This document shows, in pieces, positions 24,180 through 32,161 of a DNA stretch of 59,887 nt; positions within the stretch are counted from its first letter, which is position 1; each line of letters opens with the position of its first letter. Made by a program: the position numbers and the translations under genes. The notes beneath the pieces are model-generated. The model saw only the letters and a program-made list of their open reading frames with translations. It searched no databases and was not told where the DNA came from. The DNA comes from a virus: IMG/VR virus record IMGVR_UViG_3300019884_000065; one strand, 5' to 3'.

Positions 24180-24185
24180 AGTATA
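24180..24185 (-). promoter_or_regulatory. -10-like box (GGTGTATACTCAAC) overlapped by the inverted repeat TACACC-N6-GGTGTA
   Basis: The reverse complement contains TATACT 20 nt upstream of the CAGAAAG leader. The inverted repeat spans 24184-24201. Confidence 0.4.
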
Positions 24186-24192
24186 CACCAGA

Positions 24193-24387
24193 TCAGGTGT
24201 ACTGAACGAGATTAAGAAGGTGACGTGCTGCGCGGCACAGGGCGACGGCGTGGACCGTGTTCTTGTCGGCGAACAGGCGGGCGTCGCGAATGCGGCGGAG
24301 GGCGATTTGATAGTTGGCAGTGCGCTGTTGCTTGGGGACCGCGCGGGCGCGAGCTTCGAGTGCGCGGATGTCAGTGATGATGTTCAT
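24193..24387 (-). CDS. Hypothetical protein (64 aa)
   Basis: Track ORF behind CAGAAAGCAAGAA. Confidence 0.55.
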   Translation of the reverse strand: MNIITDIRALEARARAVPKQQRTANYQIALRRIRDARLFADKNTVHAVALCRAARHLLNLVQYT

Positions 24388-24421
24388 TTCTTGCTTTCTG
24401 TTTGGGTCTGTCGAAGAGTCG

Positions 24422-24427
24422 AGTATA
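24422..24427 (-). promoter_or_regulatory. -10-like box (GGTGTATACTCGAC)
   Basis: Near-duplicate of the 24180 element, upstream of 24193..24387. Confidence 0.4.
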
Positions 24428-24434
24428 CACCAGA

Positions 24435-24710
24435 TTAGGCTGCCGGGGCAACCGACTTGCCAAATTTGTCGAATTCCGAACCGTAGCTGCGTGACACCTT
24501 GCGGGACTCGAGGAACCTGGCACCTGCCGAATGGGCATTATACCCTGCTTCTACTGCCGCGGCGACGAACTCGGCCTTTGTTACATCTTCGTTGATTGCT
24601 GCAACGTAACGCAGGATTGCCGCCTGGCTGGTGAGCTCGCCGTCGTCTTCCATAGCGAAGGCGAAGTCGTCTGCCAGGTGGGCTGCGAGGGCTTGTGTAC
24701 GAGTGATCAT
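24435..24710 (-). CDS. Hypothetical protein (91 aa), candidate leaderless transcript
   Basis: Track ORF 24435..24737 trimmed to the ATG at 24710. No CAGAAAG or SD lies upstream. TATACT ends 6 nt before the ATG. Confidence 0.5.
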   Translation of the reverse strand: MITRTQALAAHLADDFAFAMEDDGELTSQAAILRYVAAINEDVTKAEFVAAAVEAGYNAHSAGARFLESRKVSRSYGSEFDKFGKSVAPAA

Positions 24711-24716
24711 GACGCA

Positions 24717-24722
24717 AGTATA
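24717..24722 (-). promoter_or_regulatory. -10 box (TATACT) positioned so that transcription would start at the A of the ATG
   Basis: The minus strand reads TAGACG-N18-TATACT-TGCGTC-ATG. Confidence 0.35.
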
Positions 24723-24879
24723 CCTGATCCGATTCACCTGCGTCTATGCTATTCCTCCTAATCCTGAAGGCTATTGACGAGCTCGTATGGATGTGGTAAG
24801 AAATAAGCCTGGAAATTCATCCCGGCTTGGCGTATTGTTGCCGTGGCTTAGGCCGTCTAACTCAACTACTGGGAATAAC

Positions 24880-25407
24880 ATGCTAAAGAAGATCATGCTT
24901 GCTCTTGTCTCAGCTGCGCTAGCAGTTTCGGCGCTTGCCGCAAGTGTCCACTTCAAACAGAACCGCAGTCCGACTCTCATCGACAACGGCTTGTCCATCA
25001 CGGCAGCTGGGTCGCTGGCGGGGTTGGGTGAAGGTGATGTCGTGGTCACGCTGTCGGCGACCGGGACCATCACTGCAACATGCACGAACCCCAGCGGGCA
25101 GAATCAACCTCCCGGTCAAGTGCCGCAACCCGTCACGCTCTCCGGCTCGGTAGCCATCCCAGACGAACAATTCAAGAACGGCAACGTCGGCTTCAGCGTG
25201 ACAACGACGCCGCCTAGCTCCACTGTCCCAGGTGCGCCGGATTGTCCGAACGCGAATTGGACCGAAACCATCACGGACATCCAGTTCACATCGGTGACGC
25301 TCACTGTGCAACAAGCCGGGCAGACCGTTCTCACGACAACCTGCACCTCTGCACCATCGACGAATGGTCCTTTGGCGCCGAGCACCGTGAACTGCACACG
25401 TTCATGA
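24880..25407 (+). CDS. Secreted protein, moron-like (175 aa, Sec signal peptide)
   Basis: Track ORF trimmed to the ATG at 24880. The N-terminus MLKKIMLALVSAALAVSALAASV has an n-h-c signal-peptide pattern with an A-x-A site. The mature part is Thr/Ser/Pro-rich and beta-strand-like. Confidence 0.65.
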   Translation: MLKKIMLALVSAALAVSALAASVHFKQNRSPTLIDNGLSITAAGSLAGLGEGDVVVTLSATGTITATCTNPSGQNQPPGQVPQPVTLSGSVAIPDEQFKNGNVGFSVTTTPPSSTVPGAPDCPNANWTETITDIQFTSVTLTVQQAGQTVLTTTCTSAPSTNGPLAPSTVNCTRS

Positions 25408-25437
25408 TGTCATGTGTGCTCTTGCCGTCACAAAGCC

Positions 25438-25467
25438 AAAGCCGCCTTCTCCGAAGCTGGCGGCTTT
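25438..25467 (+). terminator. Candidate intrinsic terminator after the secreted-protein gene
   Basis: aaagccgcc (25438-25446) pairs with ggcggcttt (25459-25467). GCTTCG follows. It lies 31 nt after the stop at 25407. Confidence 0.5.
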
Positions 25468-25705
25468 GCTTCGTGCCAGAGCGCATCCTCTCCAGCCAGG
25501 ACAGTTGCGGTGTCACCGATGCGGTTCACAGACCTACGCACGCGTCGTGAACGGTGCTTTTCAAGGTAAGCGCGGGCCGATTGGTGGTTCTGTGATTTAC
25601 TCGTGTATTTGCTACGACTGCTTGCTAGTCGGAATAACTGCCCCCATGTTTTGGGACGTACAATCGGTCCCATCGCCAGGTCCAACTCCCAAGGGGATTT
25701 GATTC

Positions 25706-26512
25706 ATGTACTTGACACGCAATGTCTTGATGAAGTATCGCTCACCCGACCCGGACCCGCCTGGCGGCGGTGGCGGCGCACCTCCTCCGCCTCCTCCCCC
25801 TCCTGCTCCTCCCCAGATTCCCGAGAACCTGAAGCCCCTCGTGCAAGGCATGATCGAGGCCGCGGTTAACGAGCAGGTCGCCGGACTGAAAGCCAAGAAC
25901 GGTGAACTGATTGGGAAAGAGAAGGAACTCAAGGCCAACTTGGCTCAGTTCGAAGGCATCGACCCCGAAGCCGTGCGTAACATCCTCAAGAGGTTCGCGG
26001 ACGACGAAGAGGCAACGCTCATCAAGCAGGGCAAGATTGACGAAGTGCTCAACAAGCGTACCGAACGCATGGCGGCGGATTGGGACAAGAAGCTCAAGGC
26101 TGAACAGACCCGTTCCGAGAAGCTGAAGGCGAAGGCGGACAAGCTCGCTGAGCGCGCGATGGCTGAGTCCATCATCAAGGCATCGCAGAAGGCAGGCGCA
26201 CTGCCCGAAGCAACAGAAGATATCGTGCTGCGCGCTAAGGGCGCCGGCTGGACCATCGACGACGATGGCAATGTGATCGCCATGAGTGGTGATACCGTTG
26301 TCTTCGGGAAAGATGGCAAGACGCCCCTCACACCCGAGGAGTGGGCGGCTTCTCTGCGCGAGAACGCGCCCCACCTCTGGCCAAGGGCACAGGGTTCCGG
26401 TGCAATGGGCACCAACGGAGCTGCCAAGGGCGGACCGGATTATTCCAAACTTCCGCCCGAGGCAAGAATCACCGCTCATCGCGCTCAGCAGGCGCTAGGT
26501 GCTTCACGCTAA
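25706..26512 (+). CDS. Scaffolding protein (268 aa)
   Basis: It lies directly upstream of the major capsid gene. The body is coiled-coil-like and K/E/A-rich, with an N-terminal poly-Gly/poly-Pro tract. Confidence 0.7.
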   Translation: MYLTRNVLMKYRSPDPDPPGGGGGAPPPPPPPPAPPQIPENLKPLVQGMIEAAVNEQVAGLKAKNGELIGKEKELKANLAQFEGIDPEAVRNILKRFADDEEATLIKQGKIDEVLNKRTERMAADWDKKLKAEQTRSEKLKAKADKLAERAMAESIIKASQKAGALPEATEDIVLRAKGAGWTIDDDGNVIAMSGDTVVFGKDGKTPLTPEEWAASLRENAPHLWPRAQGSGAMGTNGAAKGGPDYSKLPPEARITAHRAQQALGASR

Positions 26513-26537
26513 AGGTGACATCCTTTAAGGTGAAACA

Positions 26538-27464
26538 ATGGCACTGACCCTACCCGAAGCCGCCAAGCTGAACTCTGGCGACATCGTGCGTTCGGCTGTC
26601 ATCGAAATGTTTGCGCAGGAATCGGACATCCTCCAGGTCCTGCCGTTCGAAGACATCGCTGGCAACGCGTTGAAGTACAACCGTGAAGGCTCCCTACCGG
26701 GTATCAGCTTCCGCGGCGTGAACGAAGCATTTCCGGAATCGTCCGGCGTGCTCAACCCGCAAACCGAGGCGCTCGTCATCGCAGGTGGCGACCTGGACGT
26801 GGACCGCTTCATTATCCAGACTCAAGGCCAGGGCGTGCGTGCAACACACGAACGCATGAAGGTCAAGTCGCTCGCGGCTGGCTGGACGCAGAAGTTCATC
26901 AAGGGCGATTCGTCCACGAACCCTCGCGAGTTCGACGGCTTGCAGAAGCGGCTAGTCAATCAGCAGGTCTACTCGGCCGGTGCTGGCTCTGGCGGTTCGC
27001 CGTTATCGCTGGGCATCATCGACGACGCGACCGATAGCGTGGACAACCCGACGCACTACCTCATGTCCAAGGGCATGCGGCGCAAGTTCACCGCGGCAGC
27101 GCGCACGACAGCCGTTGCTGGTTTCGTGACGTACACCGCGGACGCATTCGGCCGACGTATCTCGAACTACAACGACCTGCCCATGCTGGTCGCATACGGC
27201 GCCAACGGCGGCGATGATATCCTTCCCTATGACGAAGCAGCGGCAAGCGGCCCTGCTACGGCCACGTCCCTCTACATCCTGAGCATCGGCGCGGGTCGCA
27301 TCCAGGGCATTCAGAACGGCCCAATGGACGTGCGTGATCTGGGCGAGCTACAAGCCGCGCCGGTGTTCCGCACTCGGGTCGAATGGTACAACGGCATCGT
27401 GATCGAACACGGACGTGCCGCTGCTCGCATCCGGCATATCAGCAACGCTGCTATCGTTGCGTAA
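26538..27464 (+). CDS. Major capsid protein (308 aa)
   Basis: Its position after the scaffold gene and its size and composition are typical of an HK97-fold capsid protein. Confidence 0.75.
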   Translation: MALTLPEAAKLNSGDIVRSAVIEMFAQESDILQVLPFEDIAGNALKYNREGSLPGISFRGVNEAFPESSGVLNPQTEALVIAGGDLDVDRFIIQTQGQGVRATHERMKVKSLAAGWTQKFIKGDSSTNPREFDGLQKRLVNQQVYSAGAGSGGSPLSLGIIDDATDSVDNPTHYLMSKGMRRKFTAAARTTAVAGFVTYTADAFGRRISNYNDLPMLVAYGANGGDDILPYDEAAASGPATATSLYILSIGAGRIQGIQNGPMDVRDLGELQAAPVFRTRVEWYNGIVIEHGRAAARIRHISNAAIVA

Positions 27465-27475
27465 GGAGAACAACT

Positions 27476-27853
27476 ATGCCTTCTCGCACCTATGACAATT
27501 TGATGCTCCTGAAAGATGCTGGCGCGACTGCTGTCGACGCGGCTGCTCAGGTAGCCGGCGCTGCTCGCGTCATCGACGTGGGGAACGCCCACATGGACGG
27601 TGTTGCCGTCATCGACACCAGCGCGGTCGACACCGCTGGCGGGTCTTATGTTGTTCGCGTCCAGGGTTCGGCGACACTGAACTTTGCCTCGCCGGTGGAA
27701 CTGGCGGCGCGTGCAATCACGTCCACAGGACGCATTGAGATTCCGTTCAACAACGAGATCAACGGCGTCTACTACCCGTACATTCGGGCTTACAACGACG
27801 TCACCGGCGCGACGCCGTCCATCAACAGCACGATCTTCATCGGCAAGCCGTAA
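27476..27853 (+). CDS. Hypothetical virion-associated protein (125 aa; possibly head decoration)
   Basis: Track ORF trimmed to the ATG at 27476. AAGGAG lies at 27463-27468. Confidence 0.55.
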   Translation: MPSRTYDNLMLLKDAGATAVDAAAQVAGAARVIDVGNAHMDGVAVIDTSAVDTAGGSYVVRVQGSATLNFASPVELAARAITSTGRIEIPFNNEINGVYYPYIRAYNDVTGATPSINSTIFIGKP

Positions 27854-27881
27854 GACACGACACGACGAACAGGAGCATCAT

Positions 27882-28535
27882 ATGAAAATTGCACTACGCT
27901 ACACCGGCGACGATGAGGCGATGCAGAAGCGGCTAGAAGCCACGAACGGTATCGCCTATTTCGAACCCGTCGACGCACGCGAGATTCTTGCGACGCCGGA
28001 CAACGAGTATGAACCGGACGAGGACTCTCGTAAGCTGATCGGCATGCAGTTCGATCCGACCGGACGCATGAGTTCGACTGAGCAGAAGGAACCGCAGAAG
28101 AATGCGGACGGCTCAGAGGTCATCAACATCCCGCAGCTCAATGCGGCGGACGCAGAACTGCAGACGGGACTGTCGGCCGAGAAGTACGGTCGCAGCCAGG
28201 TCGTGAAGGCGGTGCCCGAAGCGGCTATTCCAACGTCCATGATGCCGATGACCACGACAGGTCGCCCCCTGGACCTCGAGAAGGCACGCAGCGGCGAAGG
28301 CGGCGGCTCTGGCGACCCGGCAATGGGCTTCCAGCAAGCCAAGCAGGAGCCGACCGAGCGTGACAAGCGGCAAGAGCAAGAGAAGCAACAGCAGAACAGC
28401 GGGCCGGCCTCCGAAGGCATGACCTCTGAAGAAATGAAGGCCGCACTCAAGGCCAAGAACGTCCAGTTCCCAGCAGACGCCAAGAAGGCGGAGCTGGCTG
28501 AATTGGTCGACCGCCATGACGCACGTAAGGTGTGA
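27882..28535 (+). CDS. Hypothetical protein with a C-terminal HeH/SAP-like motif (217 aa)
   Basis: Trimmed to the ATG at 27882, with AGGAG at 27871-27875. The C-terminus is MTSEEMKAALKAKNVQFPADAKKAELAELV. Confidence 0.6.
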   Translation: MKIALRYTGDDEAMQKRLEATNGIAYFEPVDAREILATPDNEYEPDEDSRKLIGMQFDPTGRMSSTEQKEPQKNADGSEVINIPQLNAADAELQTGLSAEKYGRSQVVKAVPEAAIPTSMMPMTTTGRPLDLEKARSGEGGGSGDPAMGFQQAKQEPTERDKRQEQEKQQQNSGPASEGMTSEEMKAALKAKNVQFPADAKKAELAELVDRHDARKV

Positions 28536-28597
28536 ACGTGGTATCCATCGCCCGGCGTAAAGCGCGTCGGGTCTTCACCATTCAAGGAGATCTTTTC

Positions 28598-28810
28598 ATG
28601 GCAAATCCAAACGCACCCGGACAAGGCGGTGGCGCACCTGGCAAGAGCGGCGAAGCTGGTCGTGGTCATTCCCCCGAAGCCAAGGCCGAGCGCGAAGCAC
28701 GTCGTGCCCGTGGCGAGAATGTGCCGGAGCCCCCGGAAGAAGAGCCGAGTGGTCCGACGCAAGCACCCGACAGCGAAGGTCCGGTGGTCAATCCGCTCGG
28801 CAAGAAGTAA
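28598..28810 (+). CDS. Small Gly/Pro/Glu-rich protein (70 aa)
   Basis: Trimmed to the ATG at 28598. AAGGAG lies 7 nt upstream. Confidence 0.5.
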   Translation: MANPNAPGQGGGAPGKSGEAGRGHSPEAKAEREARRARGENVPEPPEEEPSGPTQAPDSEGPVVNPLGKK

Positions 28811-28854
28811 CGCCCAGCCCATATCTATCTCCCCTGTTGATTGGGCGAAATTTA

Positions 28855-28880
28855 CTCCGGACTTCGGTCCGGAGATTTTT
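28855..28880 (+). terminator. Intrinsic terminator (CUCCGGAC-UUCG-GUCCGGAG followed by AUUUUU)
   Basis: A perfect 8-bp stem, a UUCG tetraloop and a T5 run lie 45 nt after the stop at 28810, at the boundary between the capsid and connector genes. Confidence 0.75.
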
Positions 28881-28896
28881 AATCGAGAGGCTAAAG

Positions 28897-29241
28897 ATGA
28901 CCACTGCAAAGAAAGCGAAGTCGCCATCTATCGTAGATGACGAAGAGGCGATGGTGGAAAAGATTGCCAACGACATCAAGCCATCGGCCGGCGTTGAGCG
29001 ACCGAATGCGCGGGCCATGCCAGCCTCCGCGAGCGAGCGTCCTAACGGTGAACCATCACAGGGACCGAATGAAGACGTCGGCATGACAGTCGTAGTCGAC
29101 AGGGCAGCTCCCCAGACACAGGACAACGATGAGACCGTGCGCCTTGTGAATGTGGACGGCGTCGAGCTCGACGTACCCCTTGCTGACGTGAAGATGCATG
29201 AGCGTTCCGGCTGGAAGAGGCTCAAGGAAGAAGAGGCGTAG
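28897..29241 (+). CDS. Hypothetical protein (114 aa)
   Basis: Trimmed to the ATG at 28897. GAGAGG lies upstream. Confidence 0.55.
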   Translation: MTTAKKAKSPSIVDDEEAMVEKIANDIKPSAGVERPNARAMPASASERPNGEPSQGPNEDVGMTVVVDRAAPQTQDNDETVRLVNVDGVELDVPLADVKMHERSGWKRLKEEEA

Positions 29242-29247
29242 CGCATC

Positions 29248-29709
29248 ATGGCTGTAGCCGTCTACCCGGCTCCGGGCTATGACAGCTTCATCAGCCTAGA
29301 GGATGCCAACAAATATCTGACCGATCTCGGCTTCGCAAAGAATGTCTGGGACAACAAGACAGTGACAGAGCGCGAAGCGGCACTACGGCGTGGCACACAG
29401 TTCATCTACGCTCGTCGTCTTCTTCCTCAAGCACTGTGGGACACATCAACGATTCCGGCAACACCGCGAGTTCATCCGAATGTCGCTGCCGCAACGGCCG
29501 AGGCGGCACGTCGCCACGTTGAGGGCACTTTGTACCGGGACCTAGATGCTGCCCCTATCATTGAAAAGACCGTAGGGCCGCTTACGCTGCGCTATGGACT
29601 ACCTGGCGATGTGAAGCCAGCAGAACACTATCCAGTCATCGGGGACCTACTATATGGCTTGATCGAGCTAACAGGCGGATACGGTTCCGTGACCTTTGAA
29701 AGAATTTGA
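29248..29709 (+). CDS. Head-tail connector/adaptor protein (gp6/DnaT-like, 153 aa)
   Basis: Position fits. The N-terminus ...DSFISLEDANKYL is typical of head-tail adaptor proteins. Confidence 0.55.
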   Translation: MAVAVYPAPGYDSFISLEDANKYLTDLGFAKNVWDNKTVTEREAALRRGTQFIYARRLLPQALWDTSTIPATPRVHPNVAAATAEAARRHVEGTLYRDLDAAPIIEKTVGPLTLRYGLPGDVKPAEHYPVIGDLLYGLIELTGGYGSVTFERI

Positions 29710-30080
29710 TGGCATCTGCACTGTACGGCGAGCTAGCGCAAGCTGCGGTTGACCTGCTCAATGAGTTGGGACAACTTGTGCTCGTGTCGCGTGCAGGTGC
29801 TGGTGGAGGCTATGACCCGGACAGTGGCTTTGTCGACGAAGAAGCCGTTCAAGTATGGAGTGCCAGCGGTGTTGAATTTCAATATAACCAGCGTGAGGTC
29901 GACGGTTCTCTCATACAGAGTGGAGATCGTCGCGTTCTTATTGCTCCTAGCCTGGGCACGACTCCGCAGAGTGGCGATGTTGTCACGCTGGGGACGGTTC
30001 GTCTCGAGGTTGTTGAATCACGTCCACTACAGCCTGCTGGCGTAGTCGTGTTGCATGAAGTGCAAGCGAGGGGCACATGA
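29706..30080 (+). CDS. Head-tail joining protein (124 aa)
   Basis: It is translationally coupled (ATGA) within the connector block. The call rests on position. Confidence 0.5.
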   Translation: MMASALYGELAQAAVDLLNELGQLVLVSRAGAGGGYDPDSGFVDEEAVQVWSASGVEFQYNQREVDGSLIQSGDRRVLIAPSLGTTPQSGDVVTLGTVRLEVVESRPLQPAGVVVLHEVQARGT

Positions 30081-30478
30081 GCTTCGCCGACGACATCAGG
30101 AAATTCCAGCAGAAGACAAACTTGTCCATGGACTTGATTGTTCGCAAGGTCACGATTGATATCACGACCGCGCTTGTCCGGATGTCGCCAGTGGATACAG
30201 GCCGGTTCCGCGGGAACTGGATGATTGGCGTAGGTTCGCCGAATGTGTCCACGATTGATGCAGTCGACAAAGATGGGTCGACAACTGTGGCACGTATCAC
30301 GACTGCTGCTGGCTCGCTGGAAGCAGGCGGTGTTGTCTACATTACCAATTCATTGCCATACGCTAGGCGTCTGGAATATGGATGGTCAAAGCAGGCGCCG
30401 TCGCCGCCAGGCATCGTGCGCTTAACGGTGCAACGCTATTCAGAGTACATAGCGAATGCGGTGAGGCACATAAAATGA
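30077..30478 (+). CDS. HK97 gp10-like neck/tail-component protein (133 aa)
   Basis: ATGA-coupled. MSFADDIRKFQQKT... and the C-terminal YARRLEYG resemble the HK97-gp10 family. Confidence 0.6.
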   Translation: MSFADDIRKFQQKTNLSMDLIVRKVTIDITTALVRMSPVDTGRFRGNWMIGVGSPNVSTIDAVDKDGSTTVARITTAAGSLEAGGVVYITNSLPYARRLEYGWSKQAPSPPGIVRLTVQRYSEYIANAVRHIK

Positions 30479-30882
30479 GTCTGCCGCAAATACGCCGTGC
30501 CCTTGAGAAGCATTTGGCAGCTCTTACACCGGCTGTGCCTACGGCCTGGGACAACGTGTCGTTCTCTCCACCGGCTGATGGCTCGGTGTATCAAGAGGCG
30601 AAGCTCGTGCCCAATGAGCCAATTACGCCGATGGACACACTCATGTTCATCGAACAAGGTTTCCTCCAAGTCGCGTTGTTCTATCCGCAGGGTAAAGGTC
30701 CAAGGGACGCTGAGAACCGAGTAGACGCATTGCGCACCCACTTTCGTCGGGGCACAACTTTAGTTGAGGGTGGCGTTTCAACGATAATTACCCATGTCCC
30801 AACTGTGGCGGCTGGTCTGCCGGTAGAGGGACAGTGGCGGGTTCCGGTGACTATCTACTGGCAAGCGCAAGTAGAGAGTTGA
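30475..30882 (+). CDS. Tail terminator-like protein (DUF4128-like, 135 aa)
   Basis: Trimmed to the ATG at 30475 (ATGA overlap). ...VPTAWDNVSFSPP...GFLQVALFYPQGKG resembles tail-terminator family sequences. Confidence 0.6.
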   Translation: MSLPQIRRALEKHLAALTPAVPTAWDNVSFSPPADGSVYQEAKLVPNEPITPMDTLMFIEQGFLQVALFYPQGKGPRDAENRVDALRTHFRRGTTLVEGGVSTIITHVPTVAAGLPVEGQWRVPVTIYWQAQVES

Positions 30883-30912
30883 CAGATCAACGTTCTTCTT
30901 TGAGGACACATC

Positions 30913-32136
30913 ATGGCAATCGCTAAAGGTGCAAATAAGCTCCTAATCATGAAGCGGCAGCCGGCGAAGGGAACGCTTGCGATTCCCACGACCGGAGGTC
31001 AAGTCATTCGTCGGGACACGTCTACATTCGACCGTTCGAAAGAGTCCTATACAACCGAGTCCGAGCAGACATCGCGCAAGCAGCTTATGTCCTCGCGTCA
31101 CGGTGCTGTGACTGTCAACGGGTCCATATCTTCTCTATTCTCGCCTGGGACATACGCAGATTTCTTTGCTGCACTGCTGATGCGCGAGTTCACGGCTATC
31201 CCTCCCATCACCGGCATCACCGCTACTGTTGGCGGAACAGGTCCGACCTATACCATCGACCGCACGACAGGTTCGTGGTTGACCGATGGTGCCAAGATTG
31301 GGCGCGTGATCCGTCCCACTGCTGGCCTTGCAGCAGGCTCGCGGCGCAACATGCTCATTACTGGCGTGACTGCACTCCGGTTGACGGTCATGCCACTGAA
31401 CCGGAAAGCACCAGCCACCGAGACAGCAATCGCCGCGTCTTCCTTCATGTTCCCAGGTGGGGTCACGTTTGTCCCGGAGACAGGGCACACGGACGTCTAC
31501 TACACCGCCGAGGAATGGTTCCCGGAAGTCCCGCGTAGTCAGCGCAACCAGGACGTGAAAGCGTCGTCAGTGAATATTCGTCTACCTGGCTCGGGCAACG
31601 CCGGCCTGGACTGGACCTTCCTGGGATTGGACCAACTCAAGGACCCGGCACGGTACTTTGTGGCACCTGCCAACGAGACCACGACGGGCGTGATGGTAGC
31701 GGCCGGTGGCGCGCTTATCGTGGGTGGGGTACGCCGAGGCACAGTGACCGACCTTACGCTCACCCTGGACGCCCGTGGCGCGGTTGCTGACCCTGTTGTG
31801 GGCGACGTCATCCGCCCGGACGTGTTCACCGGCAAGCTCATGGCGTCCGGCAGCTTCACGGCCTATTACGACAGCGCGGACATTCCCGATCTGTACGACG
31901 ACGAAGTTGAGACGAGCATCGTGTCGGCACTGGCCGCAAGCAACGCGGACACAGCAGACTTCAACACGTTCTCGCTGCACAAGATCAAACTCAACTCCAG
32001 CACGCCGGATGACGTAGAGACGGGCCTCAAGCGCACGTACAACTTCGTCGGCTTGTTCAATGACCTCGGAGGCCCGGCGCTGGTGGCAAATGCTACCACG
32101 ATCGAGCTTCAGGACAGTGCAGTCGTTCCAGCGTAG
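30913..32136 (+). CDS. Major tail (tube) protein (407 aa)
   Basis: Its position between the tail terminator and the chaperone genes and its size support the call. No sheath gene is nearby, which suggests a non-contractile tail. Confidence 0.6.
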   Translation: MAIAKGANKLLIMKRQPAKGTLAIPTTGGQVIRRDTSTFDRSKESYTTESEQTSRKQLMSSRHGAVTVNGSISSLFSPGTYADFFAALLMREFTAIPPITGITATVGGTGPTYTIDRTTGSWLTDGAKIGRVIRPTAGLAAGSRRNMLITGVTALRLTVMPLNRKAPATETAIAASSFMFPGGVTFVPETGHTDVYYTAEEWFPEVPRSQRNQDVKASSVNIRLPGSGNAGLDWTFLGLDQLKDPARYFVAPANETTTGVMVAAGGALIVGGVRRGTVTDLTLTLDARGAVADPVVGDVIRPDVFTGKLMASGSFTAYYDSADIPDLYDDEVETSIVSALAASNADTADFNTFSLHKIKLNSSTPDDVETGLKRTYNFVGLFNDLGGPALVANATTIELQDSAVVPA

Positions 32137-32161
32137 CCGGTACTCACACAAGGAGATTCAC

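Noticed and set aside
24774-24802. TTGACG-N17-TAAGAA as the promoter of the secreted-protein gene
   Set aside because: The -10 candidate lacks the invariant final T and is weak. I could not support it beyond its position.
25412-25702. 96-aa plus-strand ORF with a CHRCG...CICYDC zinc-ribbon pattern between the moron and the scaffold gene
   Set aside because: Its annotated ATG lies upstream of, and the ORF runs through, the terminator hairpin at 25438-25467. Downstream there is only a TTG (25466) as a possible start, and no SD. It is possibly real but unsupported. The antisense ORF 25428..25685 looks non-coding.
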